Shown here: positions 8,124-16,172 of the stretch, in pieces
Layout of the letters: the number at the start of each line of letters is the position of its first letter
Position numbering within the stretch: the stretch's first letter is position 1
The notes under the pieces: model-generated
Told to the model about the DNA's origin: nothing
Databases searched by the model: none
What the model saw: the letters and a program-made list of their open reading frames with translations, nothing else
Source: a virus
Lineage: Duplodnaviria; Caudoviricetes
DNA length: 36,535 bases
Virus record (IMG/VR): IMGVR_UViG_3300037423_002450
Location: 1 to 36,535 of that record
Direction: 5' to 3' (one strand)
Program-made: the position numbers and the translations under genes

Positions 8124-8936
8124 ATGGCCACGTCGCTGAAGGAGAAGAACGAGGAGCGAAGCCAGCGGTTCGAGCCGGTGATCGCGCGGGTCCGGCAGCT
8201 CCACGAGGACGCGATCGCGGCGGCCGAGCGAGAGCGGCAGGTGGAGTACGGCGAGGTCTGGCGCGCGGAGCGCACGCGGCCCGTGGATCGCCGTCGGATC
8301 GACCAGGCGCATGAGCAGCTCGCGCAGGCGCAGAAGGAGACGCTCGACCGCTACGCGGTCGCGAAGGACACGGCGGTGCACCTCGTCGAGTCGTTGAGCA
8401 ACGACCCTATGCATGACCACATCTTCGCGACGGCCTTCTCTCTCCTGCAGATCGTGCTCTCGGAGGAGCGCGAGCACGTCAGCCGAATCCGCGGTGCGTC
8501 GGCCGACGTGGAACTGCCCCCCGTGGGGCCGCTGCTGCGCGCGATGCGCATCCACGCGTACCGTCAGCCGACGGTCGGGTACTCGCTTCGCGAGCTCGGC
8601 GCGATCCTCGGACGGAGCGAGGGGGCGCTCCGGCACATCGAGTCCGGGCGCAACGAGCCACCATTCGACTTGGTCGCCCAGTGGGCCACCGCCTGCGGGA
8701 TGCGTCTCGACCTTCGCTTCGAGTCCACGGCATGGGGCGGCGAGGACATCAACCTCATCGAGATCCGGAAGCTCGTGTCGCTGCTCCCGGAGGACGGGCG
8801 GAGGACGATCCGAAACCTCGCGGACGCGTGGAGCAAGATGCCCGACGCGATTCGATGGGACCTCGAGAGGCGCGCCATGGACTACCTCGCAGACGCCCCA
8901 TGGCTGAACAGGCGGGAGGAGGATGACAACGAATAG
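8124..8936 (+). CDS. CI-like XRE repressor 2 with N-terminal helical extension
   Basis: Internal HTH LLRAMR..SLRELGAILGRSEGALRHIESGRNEPPFDLVAQWATAC, similar to repressor 1. Confidence 0.75.
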   Translation: MATSLKEKNEERSQRFEPVIARVRQLHEDAIAAAERERQVEYGEVWRAERTRPVDRRRIDQAHEQLAQAQKETLDRYAVAKDTAVHLVESLSNDPMHDHIFATAFSLLQIVLSEEREHVSRIRGASADVELPPVGPLLRAMRIHAYRQPTVGYSLRELGAILGRSEGALRHIESGRNEPPFDLVAQWATACGMRLDLRFESTAWGGEDINLIEIRKLVSLLPEDGRRTIRNLADAWSKMPDAIRWDLERRAMDYLADAPWLNRREEDDNE

Positions 8937-8975
8937 ACGGGCGTGCTCGTAAAGTAGAAGTCATCTGATACGCGC

Positions 8976-9004
8976 TTGTGCGTACTGTGGAGACTGCGTA
9001 CTAT
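8976..9004 (+). promoter_or_regulatory. Sigma70-type early promoter TTGTGC-N17-TACTAT overlapped by TGCGTACT direct repeats
   Basis: 17-bp spacer; repeats at 8979 and 8996. Confidence 0.6.
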
Positions 9005-9029
9005 GGGGACGCAATCCACGGAGCCGTAC

Positions 9030-9761
9030 ATGCCCACGCCCGAATCCGCCGACCGCGACCTCCGCTTCGCCGAGGTCACCTACCGCGACGCCCTCAGCAA
9101 CGCGTGCACCGCCGAAGACGACCTCACCGACCTCGCCCTCGATCTCGTCGACTCCCTGCAGGGGGCCAACCAGCTCGGGTTCGCCCTGCACGAGTTCGAG
9201 GACGCCTACCTCAACCGCCCGCACCTCCTGCCCACGGCGGGGATGCGGCTCGTGCGCACGGTGGCCCGCTTCGAGCCGGTCGCCGCGGCCACGAAGGAAG
9301 CGATCGGGCACCTCGAAGAGCACCTCGCCGTGGCGCTCGCCCGGCTCACGATCGGCGCCCCGATCGAGCGGTACCCCCTGCCCGGCGACGCGGAGCGAGA
9401 GGAGGCTGCCCGCCTCGAGGACGAGGACGACGCCCGCCGTGCCGCCGAGCGCGAGGCCGCCGCCGAGCGCGCGAAGAAGGAGCGCGAGGCGGCGCAGGTC
9501 GAGGCGCGGAAGCAGATCGCGCTCGACGACGCCGAGAAGACCCGCCGCATGATCGAGGCGCACCCGATGCCCGAGGGGATGCCGCCCCGCTACGCCAGCG
9601 CCAAGCACGCCATCGCCGCGCGCTTCAAGATGTTCGACGACATCCTGCAACTCTCCGGCGAGCAGCTCGTGGAGCTCGCCCGCGCGCTCGACGACATCGT
9701 CGGCGACGCCAAGGCCGAGCCGCTCGCCGGCGCCAAGGAGTCCCCGCGGGTGGCGGTGTAG
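9030..9761 (+). CDS. Hypothetical early protein with a coiled-coil middle
   Basis: SD GGAG, GC-rich third codon positions, first gene after the promoter. Confidence 0.7.
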   Translation: MPTPESADRDLRFAEVTYRDALSNACTAEDDLTDLALDLVDSLQGANQLGFALHEFEDAYLNRPHLLPTAGMRLVRTVARFEPVAAATKEAIGHLEEHLAVALARLTIGAPIERYPLPGDAEREEAARLEDEDDARRAAEREAAAERAKKEREAAQVEARKQIALDDAEKTRRMIEAHPMPEGMPPRYASAKHAIAARFKMFDDILQLSGEQLVELARALDDIVGDAKAEPLAGAKESPRVAV

Positions 9762-9764
9762 GCC

Positions 9765-9965
9765 GTGCTCGACCCCGCCAACATGAGCATCGGCGAGCTC
9801 GCCGCGGCCACCGAGAAGGGCGCGCACGCCGCCGCCTACCTCTTCGAGATCCAGGAGCCCGGCCTCGCCTCCGTCGCCGCCGCCGCCGCCGCGAAGGCCG
9901 CCAGCGAACTCGCTCGGCGCCTGGCTGCCGAGGCGGCGAAGACCGATGGGGAGCGGGCGCCATGA
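9765..9965 (+). CDS. Hypothetical protein
   Basis: Operon packing and codon bias. Confidence 0.55.
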   Translation: MLDPANMSIGELAAATEKGAHAAAYLFEIQEPGLASVAAAAAAKAASELARRLAAEAAKTDGERAP

Positions 9966-10162
9966 TCCTCGTCCTCCTCCTCGCCTGCGAGGTCTCGTGG
10001 ACCTCGCGCTCGGTCGACCTGCCCGCGCCCGGCGCCTGCGTGAGCACGCTGCAGGTCCTCGACCGCCCCGGCGTGGCCGCCTGCGCGCCCGGCCAGCGCG
10101 CCATCGTCAGCGGCGACCCGACGCACCCGCTTCTCTTCTGCCAGTGCCCGGAGACCCCGTGA
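9962..10162 (+). CDS. Small Cys-rich putative lipoprotein
   Basis: MILVLLLAC lipobox-like N-terminus; ATGA/GTGA overlaps. Confidence 0.55.
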   Translation: MILVLLLACEVSWTSRSVDLPAPGACVSTLQVLDRPGVAACAPGQRAIVSGDPTHPLLFCQCPETP

Positions 10163-10368
10163 GCCTCCGCGTCATCGCCGCCGGCCTCCTCACCGAGCCG
10201 ATCGAGGACTTCGACCTCGACCCGGACAAGCCGGTCGTGATCCTCGTCGGCGACATGGCCGACGTCCGCGAGGCCGGCGCGCTCCTCTACAGCGACGTGC
10301 GCCTCGTGCCCCTCGTCGAGCCCGGGCCCCCGCAGCTTCCCCTGTTCGCCTCGGAGACCACCCCATGA
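10159..10368 (+). CDS. Hypothetical protein
   Basis: GTGA/ATGA overlaps and codon bias. Confidence 0.55.
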   Translation: MSLRVIAAGLLTEPIEDFDLDPDKPVVILVGDMADVREAGALLYSDVRLVPLVEPGPPQLPLFASETTP

Positions 10369-10901
10369 ACAAGACCATGGCCTACTTCATTGCCAGCGGA
10401 CGCACGCTCGCGGCGATCAACGACTTCCACGCGCGCCTCGACGCCCACGTCGACTACATGCGCGCCATCGCCAACGAACTCGGATGCGAGCGGATGTGGT
10501 CGTCCGGGGCGGCGGTCACCGGGTTCGACCTGCCGCGCGATCGCGAGCCCCCGACCGGGCTCCGCCGCAACCCGCGCGAGCACCACATGGGCGTGCCCAA
10601 CATGAGGACGCCCGAGGGCAGGGCGATCCGCAAGAGGATGAACGCCGCGCCGCCCGCGCCGTCGACCGAGGAGGTCATGCAGCGCGCCGGGATGCGGGGC
10701 GGCCTCTTCCAGGAGGGCGGCCGCTACTTCATGGCCGGGATCGGCTGGGAGACGTTCGACAGCATCGTCGTCGTGCAGACGCCGGCCGACTCGCAGGGCA
10801 ACCCCCGCGGGGGCGCGCCCGCGGACTGCGAGCGCATCCCGACCTCCCGCTACTGGCTGATCAAGGAGGCCCACGAGGCAGCCTCGAAGGCGGGGTCGTG
10901 A
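10365..10901 (+). CDS. Hypothetical phage protein (178 aa)
   Basis: Protein-like composition; overlaps with both neighbours. Confidence 0.7.
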   Translation: MNKTMAYFIASGRTLAAINDFHARLDAHVDYMRAIANELGCERMWSSGAAVTGFDLPRDREPPTGLRRNPREHHMGVPNMRTPEGRAIRKRMNAAPPAPSTEEVMQRAGMRGGLFQEGGRYFMAGIGWETFDSIVVVQTPADSQGNPRGGAPADCERIPTSRYWLIKEAHEAASKAGS

Positions 10902-11701
10902 TGCTCGACCGTCGTGGCATCGCCATCACCGTGGGCGCCCGCGTCCGCTTTGACTCCTCGCTCGGCGCCCGCGTCGGCACCGTCCGGAGGATCGGCGAGC
11001 TGCGGTGCGGTTCGAACACGAGTATCGAGGCCCTTTGCGACGATGGCGACCCCGCGAACGACGACTCCTTCTCGAACGGCCACCACGTGGCGCGCTGGGT
11101 CGGCTCGGACGGTATCGAGGTGCTCATTCCCGTCGACGCCCGGCCTGGCCCCGCCCTCGTCGAGCAGCAGTCCGGCGACCTCTGCGCCGCGTGCGGCTGG
11201 CGCGCCCGCTTCCCGCTCGGGCCCGACGCCGCGATCGTGTGCCTCGTGTGCGAGCGACCCGCGCTCGACCGCGCCGCCGCCGAGAACGAGACCCGCCGCG
11301 AGCTCCTCGCCGACCAGCAGCGCGCCTTCACCGAGGCGATCGCGTCGATGCAGACGCGGCACGAGCAGGAGGTCGAGACCGTCCGGCGTCGCCTCGTCCT
11401 CTGGAAGCGCGCCGCGCGCCGGCTCCTGGACGAGCGCGACACCCTCGTCGTCGAGGGCCGCGTGCTCGCGAAGGCGCTCGACCGCTACCTCAACGACGTC
11501 CTGGACGTGGGCGGCGACGACGCCGAGCTCGACCACCTCCTCTCCAGCTGGTGGGACACCGTCGGCCTCGCCGCCGAGGACTGCGACCCGCGGACGCGTG
11601 CGGACCCGACGCGGCACTACGACGCCGGCGAGGTGGCGAAGGCGACGGGTAGCGGCGAGGTGGAGAAAGGGCCCTCTTCCGCGCGCACGGAGGCTCCGTA
11701 G
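10901..11701 (+). CDS. Hypothetical protein with beta-rich N-terminus, Zn ribbon (CAAC..CLVC) and coiled coil
   Basis: TGATG overlap, codon bias, CxxC pair. Confidence 0.65.
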   Translation: MLDRRGIAITVGARVRFDSSLGARVGTVRRIGELRCGSNTSIEALCDDGDPANDDSFSNGHHVARWVGSDGIEVLIPVDARPGPALVEQQSGDLCAACGWRARFPLGPDAAIVCLVCERPALDRAAAENETRRELLADQQRAFTEAIASMQTRHEQEVETVRRRLVLWKRAARRLLDERDTLVVEGRVLAKALDRYLNDVLDVGGDDAELDHLLSSWWDTVGLAAEDCDPRTRADPTRHYDAGEVAKATGSGEVEKGPSSARTEAP

Positions 11702-11720
11702 ATGGCCCGCCACGCCCTTA

Positions 11721-11864
11721 CCGCGCTTGCCGCCGGCCCCGACCGCGTCCCAACCGCACCGCCAGCCGCGCTGGCCGCCGACGCTTACCGCGCTGGCCGC
11801 GCGTGCCAACCGCGCTCGCCGCGGCACCAGCCGCACTTGCCGCCTCGCCGGCCGCGCTTGCCGC
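11721..11864 (+). repeat. Helically phased array of CCGCGCTNGCCGC 13-mers (21-23 bp period)
   Basis: Copies at 11721, (11743 degenerate), 11766, 11788, 11810, 11831, 11852. Confidence 0.8.
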
Positions 11865-11950
11865 GGGCGCGCGGTGAGCGGCGGTCGGCGATTCCGACGG
11901 CGCAGGCGTCGGGGCGGGCGTACCTGTACTCGACGAGGACCGAGACGTAG

Positions 11951-12343
11951 ATGGCCGACGGCTCCCACCGCCCCGCACCGCTGGCGACGACCGAGGAGGT
12001 CCTCGAGCACCTCCGCGTGTCGGCGCACACGCTGCGCGCGCTCATGGCGGACACGCCCGAGCACGTGCGCCGGCCGTGGCGGAACGTCGGCGTCGGCAGC
12101 CGGCCGTCGTATCGTTGGCGCCTCGTCGACGTGGAGTCCTGGCTCGAGGAGGTGGAGACGTGGCGTCGTACTCGAAGCGCGGCAACCGCTACCAGATCCG
12201 CTGGCGTGACCCCGACGGGACGAACCGCGGGTACTCCTGCCCCGACCTCACCACCACGAAGAAGATCGTCCGACAGATCGAGGAGTACAGCGCCCTCGGG
12301 CGAGTCTGGCGGAGTCCTCGCGAGGTTGAAGTCCCGTCGCTGA
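11951..12343 (+). CDS. xis: Excisionase / AlpA-like HTH protein
   Basis: LATTEEVLEHLRVSAHTLRAL..YRWRLVDVESWL; immediately upstream of and overlapping int. Confidence 0.65.
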   Translation: MADGSHRPAPLATTEEVLEHLRVSAHTLRALMADTPEHVRRPWRNVGVGSRPSYRWRLVDVESWLEEVETWRRTRSAATATRSAGVTPTGRTAGTPAPTSPPRRRSSDRSRSTAPSGESGGVLARLKSRR

Positions 12344-13287
12344 TCAAGCTCTGCGACGAGTACATCAACGAGACGAAGCGGCTGAAGGCGCCGGGCACGG
12401 CCGAGCAGCGCGAGATCGCGATCGCGAACTTCCTCCGCTTCCTCGGCGCCGACGAGACGCACTGGTACGGGCCCGACGACCTCACCCGGTCGAACCTCTC
12501 CGGCTTCTACGACTACATGATCGGCGAGCGGAAGTGCAGCGCGGTCTACGCCGGCGAGCAGGTCCGCAAGGTCGAGCGGTGGTGGACGTGGCTCGCCGAC
12601 TCGGACGACTGGTGCGACCTCGTGCCGCGCCCGAAGCGCCTCGAGCTCCCGGAGATGCTCCCGACGCCGGCGGCCGTCGCGCCGAGCTGGGAGGAGATGG
12701 ACCGCGTCGTCGAGGCCGCGAACGGCTGGTACCGGAACCTCTTCGTCGTCCTGCGCTACACCGGGCTGCGGAAGTCGCAGGCGATGCGGCTCACGTGGAA
12801 CGACTTCGACCTCGACGCCGGCGAGCTCTACGTCCGCCCCGCGCTGGGCAAGAGCCGCCAGGAGCGCGCCGGCCGGCGCATCCCGATCTCCGCCCACCTC
12901 GTCGAGGCGATGGCCGGGTGGGGCGTCCGCGAGGGCTTCGTCGTCCCCTGCCCGGGCGCGCGCCGGAAGCTCGACCACGAGTCCGTCCAGTACCTCTGGA
13001 AGCGGGCCGGCGCGCGCGAGGCGATCTGGAACACGCGCGTCGAGGACGACCGGCGCGTGCTCGGCCACCCAACGCACGCCTTCCGCAAGGGCATCGAGAG
13101 CGGGCTGCTGCAGCTCGGCGCGAACGCGCTCGCCGTCGAGTACCTCCTCGGCCACAAGCTGCCCGGCGTGCTCACCAGCTACGTTGACCCGACCACGCTG
13201 CCGCTGCGGGACACGATCGACCTCGTGCCGAAGATCGGCGGGCCGGTGAAGGTGAAGCGTCTCCGGAAGCGGGACACGGCCTCGTGA
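12160..13287 (+). CDS. int: Tyrosine integrase
   Basis: TGLR, HAFR, LLGH and catalytic Y (TSYV); N-terminal arm-binding-like YQIRWRDPDG; SD GGAGG. Confidence 0.92.
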   Translation: MASYSKRGNRYQIRWRDPDGTNRGYSCPDLTTTKKIVRQIEEYSALGRVWRSPREVEVPSLIKLCDEYINETKRLKAPGTAEQREIAIANFLRFLGADETHWYGPDDLTRSNLSGFYDYMIGERKCSAVYAGEQVRKVERWWTWLADSDDWCDLVPRPKRLELPEMLPTPAAVAPSWEEMDRVVEAANGWYRNLFVVLRYTGLRKSQAMRLTWNDFDLDAGELYVRPALGKSRQERAGRRIPISAHLVEAMAGWGVREGFVVPCPGARRKLDHESVQYLWKRAGAREAIWNTRVEDDRRVLGHPTHAFRKGIESGLLQLGANALAVEYLLGHKLPGVLTSYVDPTTLPLRDTIDLVPKIGGPVKVKRLRKRDTAS

Positions 13288-13291
13288 GGAC

Positions 13292-13523
13292 CTGTTCGCG
13301 CTGGGTTCGCAGACGCGAACGTGCGAACGGCCGATCGCGAGTGATTCCGGCAGGATGGGCCGGCCCGTTGCTCACTCCATCCAGTAGGTCCGGGTGCGCG
13401 TCGTCGCCCGCCTCGAACCCGTGTTTGCACCGGACGATGCGGGTTTTCAGGAGGCACCGAGGCGCGCGGAAGAGCACCGAAACCGTTCGCGGCGCGGGTA
13501 GCTGTTCGCACCTCGTTCGCACC
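13292..13523. other. Probable attP region with GTTCGC arm-type repeats
   Basis: Downstream of int; GTTCGC/GCGAAC at 13294, 13305, 13315, 13323 and 13485, 13504, 13515. Confidence 0.5.
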
Positions 13524-13883
13524 CGCGGGCGGACGGCCAAGGCGAGCGCCCCTTGTCGCCGAGGAGGGGGAGCATCGTGGCACCCGCGCGGCCGTCGCAG
13601 TTGTTGCTCGCCGTCCGTGTCGTCGCAGAGGAACGCGTGCCCATCGACCTCCTCGCGCCGTCGCCGTCGCCCGCGCCCGCGCTCGTCTGGAGGGGTGCCG
13701 AACCCACGAGGATCGCGTCGCCGTCGATGTCCTCGCGCGAGCGCCGCACGATGGCGGTCGGTCCCCGTCGCAGTCCTCCGCGTCGTCGCGGGCGGACTCG
13801 GACAGCAATGCACCCCGAGATCATCCGGAAACGTCGATGGCGCCGAGCCGATCGCATGGTCGGCTGGTGCTTTCGAGAACACC

Positions 13884-14030
13884 CTACTTCCCCCGCACGC
13901 GGTCGAGCAGCGCCCGCCAGCACCGTCCGCAGAGACCATGGTCCCGCGAGACCACCCAGCGCCGACGGCCGCGCCGCCCGACCGGGTGCACGGCCTTCCG
14001 CCCGCAGAGGCAGAGCTTGGGCGCGGCCAC
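13884..14030 (-). CDS. Small basic Cys-rich protein
   Basis: LCLCGR..LCGRCW; last ORF of the late operon. Confidence 0.45.
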   Translation of the reverse strand: MAAPKLCLCGRKAVHPVGRRGRRRWVVSRDHGLCGRCWRALLDRVRGK

Positions 14031-14032
14031 GG

Positions 14033-14404
14033 CTACGCCCGCGCGCGCCGGGTCCAGCGGGCCGAGACGTTCCGGCCCGTCCAGCGTCGGCGCTCGCCGC
14101 CGGGCACGCGGTCGCGGCGGGCGAGGCGCGCGGGGTCGACCAGCTCCACCGGCGGGAGCTTCGCCTCGACGAGCTGCGCGACGAGCCAGAGCGTCGACGG
14201 CGGCCGCGGCGCCACGCGGAACGGGTCGAGGCGCTCGGCTCGGCTCGGCGGGTCCCAGTCGACGTAGTCGTCGTAGGCGATGTAGTCGGGCTCGGGCTCG
14301 TTCCAGCGGTAGGTGCTCGTCGAGGTCGCGTCGCACGGGACCTTGTCCGCGAGCGTCGAGGTCGACGCCGAGGCCGCGAGCGCGCCGAGGAAGAAGAAGG
14401 CCAT
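14033..14404 (-). CDS. Hypothetical protein with hydrophobic N-terminus
   Basis: Operon packing. Confidence 0.5.
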   Translation of the reverse strand: MAFFFLGALAASASTSTLADKVPCDATSTSTYRWNEPEPDYIAYDDYVDWDPPSRAERLDPFRVAPRPPSTLWLVAQLVEAKLPPVELVDPARLARRDRVPGGERRRWTGRNVSARWTRRARA

Positions 14405-14407
14405 GGG

Positions 14408-14782
14408 CTACGCCGGCCCGGCGATCGGTGCCGGCGCGCCCTTCGGCCCGAAGAGGTGCGACCACCATGCCGCGAAGCCGCGCTCCGGGCTGTCGGCGGT
14501 CGGGGCCTTCCGCGCCTTCGCGCGGTGCTCGGCCACGTCGGCGATCCAGCCGACGAGGAGCTTGAACGCCTGCCCGTCGATCTTCTCGAGGAAGGCGCCG
14601 AGCCCGCCGGGGACGAGCTGGTCGAAGGGGATCGACGCGTCGATCACCGCGGGGATCACGCGCTCGAACTCGTCGCGGGAGGCGCGGCCCTCGACGACGT
14701 CGACGGCGAGGTCCTCGAGCTGGCGCCAGGGGACGTGCGAGAGGAAGGCGGCGAAGAGGGAGAGGACGGTCACGAGGGGCAT
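14408..14782 (-). CDS. Hypothetical membrane-associated protein (lysis module)
   Basis: Hydrophobic N-terminus MPLVTVLSLFAAFL; SD GGAG. Confidence 0.55.
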   Translation of the reverse strand: MPLVTVLSLFAAFLSHVPWRQLEDLAVDVVEGRASRDEFERVIPAVIDASIPFDQLVPGGLGAFLEKIDGQAFKLLVGWIADVAEHRAKARKAPTADSPERGFAAWWSHLFGPKGAPAPIAGPA

Positions 14783-14784
14783 GG

Positions 14785-15036
14785 TCAGGACTCCACAGGG
14801 ACGAGGTCGAGGTAGAACTCGCGGCCGGCGGCGAGCTTGCCGCCCTCGAGGAACGAGGGCAGGACGGCCGGGTTGTCGATGCCGACGTGGAGCGTGCCCC
14901 ACGGGGTGTACTTGCTGAACTCGCGGTTCTCCGGCGAGTTGTCGTAGACGGCGTTGGCGTGGACGACGACGCCCTCGCCGCCGTAGGCGGGCTTGAGGAC
15001 CGAGTCGATGCGGAACTTGCAGCGGATGCGGGTCAT
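14785..15036 (-). CDS. Small hypothetical phage protein
   Basis: MTRIRCKF..EN.EFSKYTP.G..IDNP..GREFYLD; SD GGAG. Confidence 0.7.
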   Translation of the reverse strand: MTRIRCKFRIDSVLKPAYGGEGVVVHANAVYDNSPENREFSKYTPWGTLHVGIDNPAVLPSFLEGGKLAAGREFYLDLVPVES

Positions 15037-15127
15037 CGGGACTCCGAGGAAGGGGCGGCAGGGGCCCGCCCGGGGGTGAGGCGCGCCGCGAGGCGCGCGA
15101 GGAGGACGAGGAGGAGGGCGCGGAGGG

Positions 15128-15652
15128 TCACGGCGCGCTCGCGGCGCACGCGGCACGCAGCTCGTCGACCCGCCGCAGCCACCCGCGCAGGTTCTCCCCC
15201 TGCGTCGGGTCGCGCTCGGCGAGGCCGCGGTAGAACGCGGCGCGCTGGTCGAGGACGAGGCCGGCGAGCTCGGCCGCGTCGCGGGCCTGCACGGCCGCGA
15301 GGGTGACCGGCCCGATCACGCCGTCGACGTGGACGCCGACCGCGCGCTGCAGCCACCGGCCCGCCTGCACGACGCCGGCGTTGACGGCGCCGTCGAACAT
15401 GACGAGGTCGAGCGGCTCGGCGAGGTCGGCGCCGCGGACCGGGCGCCAGTAGTCCTCGTCGTAGATCGCGCGGACCTCCTCGGGGGTGATGAGGCGAACC
15501 GGGCGCGTCGGGAGCGCGTGCCGGGTCCGCCACGCGTCGTAGGTGCGCCACGTGATGCCGCAGGCCGTGGGCCCGCCGCGGTCGGCGGCGCGGTCGCTGT
15601 AGCCGCCCTCGAAGCGGAGGACGACGGCGAGGCAGGCGTCGAAGCGGGTCAT
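15128..15652 (-). CDS. Endolysin, glycoside hydrolase family 108 with C-terminal PG-binding domain
   Basis: EGGY..DRGGPT..GIT, FDGAVNAG, LQRAVGV..DGVIGP.T, GWLRR. Confidence 0.9.
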   Translation of the reverse strand: MTRFDACLAVVLRFEGGYSDRAADRGGPTACGITWRTYDAWRTRHALPTRPVRLITPEEVRAIYDEDYWRPVRGADLAEPLDLVMFDGAVNAGVVQAGRWLQRAVGVHVDGVIGPVTLAAVQARDAAELAGLVLDQRAAFYRGLAERDPTQGENLRGWLRRVDELRAACAASAP

Positions 15653-16143
15653 GGCGTGGCCCCCGCTGCCGCCGCACTCCCCGCCCCCGCCCCCGCCGTC
15701 TCGTCGTCCTGGTACCCGAGCGCGCGCGCGAACAGGGGCGGCATCGCGGCGCCCGGCCGCACGAAGTCGACCTTCAGCCCGAGCCACCCCGCGCAGCCGA
15801 GCACGAGCACGAGCGCCGTCGCCCACGTCGTCCGCACGAGCCACACGCCGGCGGCGCCGTCCGCGGCCTTCCGGAGCGCGGTGAGCGCCGTCACCTTCGT
15901 CTCGGCCACCGCGGCGTCCACCTCGGGGTGCGCGGGCTCCGGCGGCGGCAGGCGGTCGCGGATCTCGACGAGCACGTCGTGGAGGCCGTCGACGTCCTTG
16001 CGCAGCTCGGCGAGCTCGCCGGTCGTCCGCTTCCCGTGCGACCGGATCTCGTGCAGGAGCGCGCGCGCGAGGGGGGAGAGCTCGGCGTCGTAGGGGCCGG
16101 CGCCGTTGGCGGGGCTGTCGGGGATGCGGGCGGGGTCGGCCAT
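15649..16143 (-). CDS. Putative holin-like membrane protein
   Basis: Coiled coil plus TM segment WATALVLVLGCAGWLGL directly upstream of the endolysin; alternative GTG start at 16176. Confidence 0.45.
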   Translation of the reverse strand: MADPARIPDSPANGAGPYDAELSPLARALLHEIRSHGKRTTGELAELRKDVDGLHDVLVEIRDRLPPPEPAHPEVDAAVAETKVTALTALRKAADGAAGVWLVRTTWATALVLVLGCAGWLGLKVDFVRPGAAMPPLFARALGYQDDETAGAGAGSAAAAGATP

Positions 16144-16172
16144 GGCAGGCTCCGAGGGGAGAGGAGAGGCGG

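Noticed and set aside
11702-11950. 82-aa ORF or CRISPR interpretation of the repeat array
   Set aside because: Low-complexity translation and non-triplet period; 13-bp repeats with 8-9-bp spacers and no cas genes
13340-13425. Possible tRNA gene (CTCCA end, GGTTCGA on minus)
   Set aside because: No cloverleaf could be built; at most an att core remnant
13524-13883. ORFs and short CGTCGCCGTCG repeats between attP and the late operon end
   Set aside because: No convincing start, codon bias or motif; left unannotated
15033-15131. 32-aa hydrophobic ORF after the endolysin (possible lysis accessory)
   Set aside because: Fits by overlaps but is too short to support; no lipobox cysteine for a spanin call
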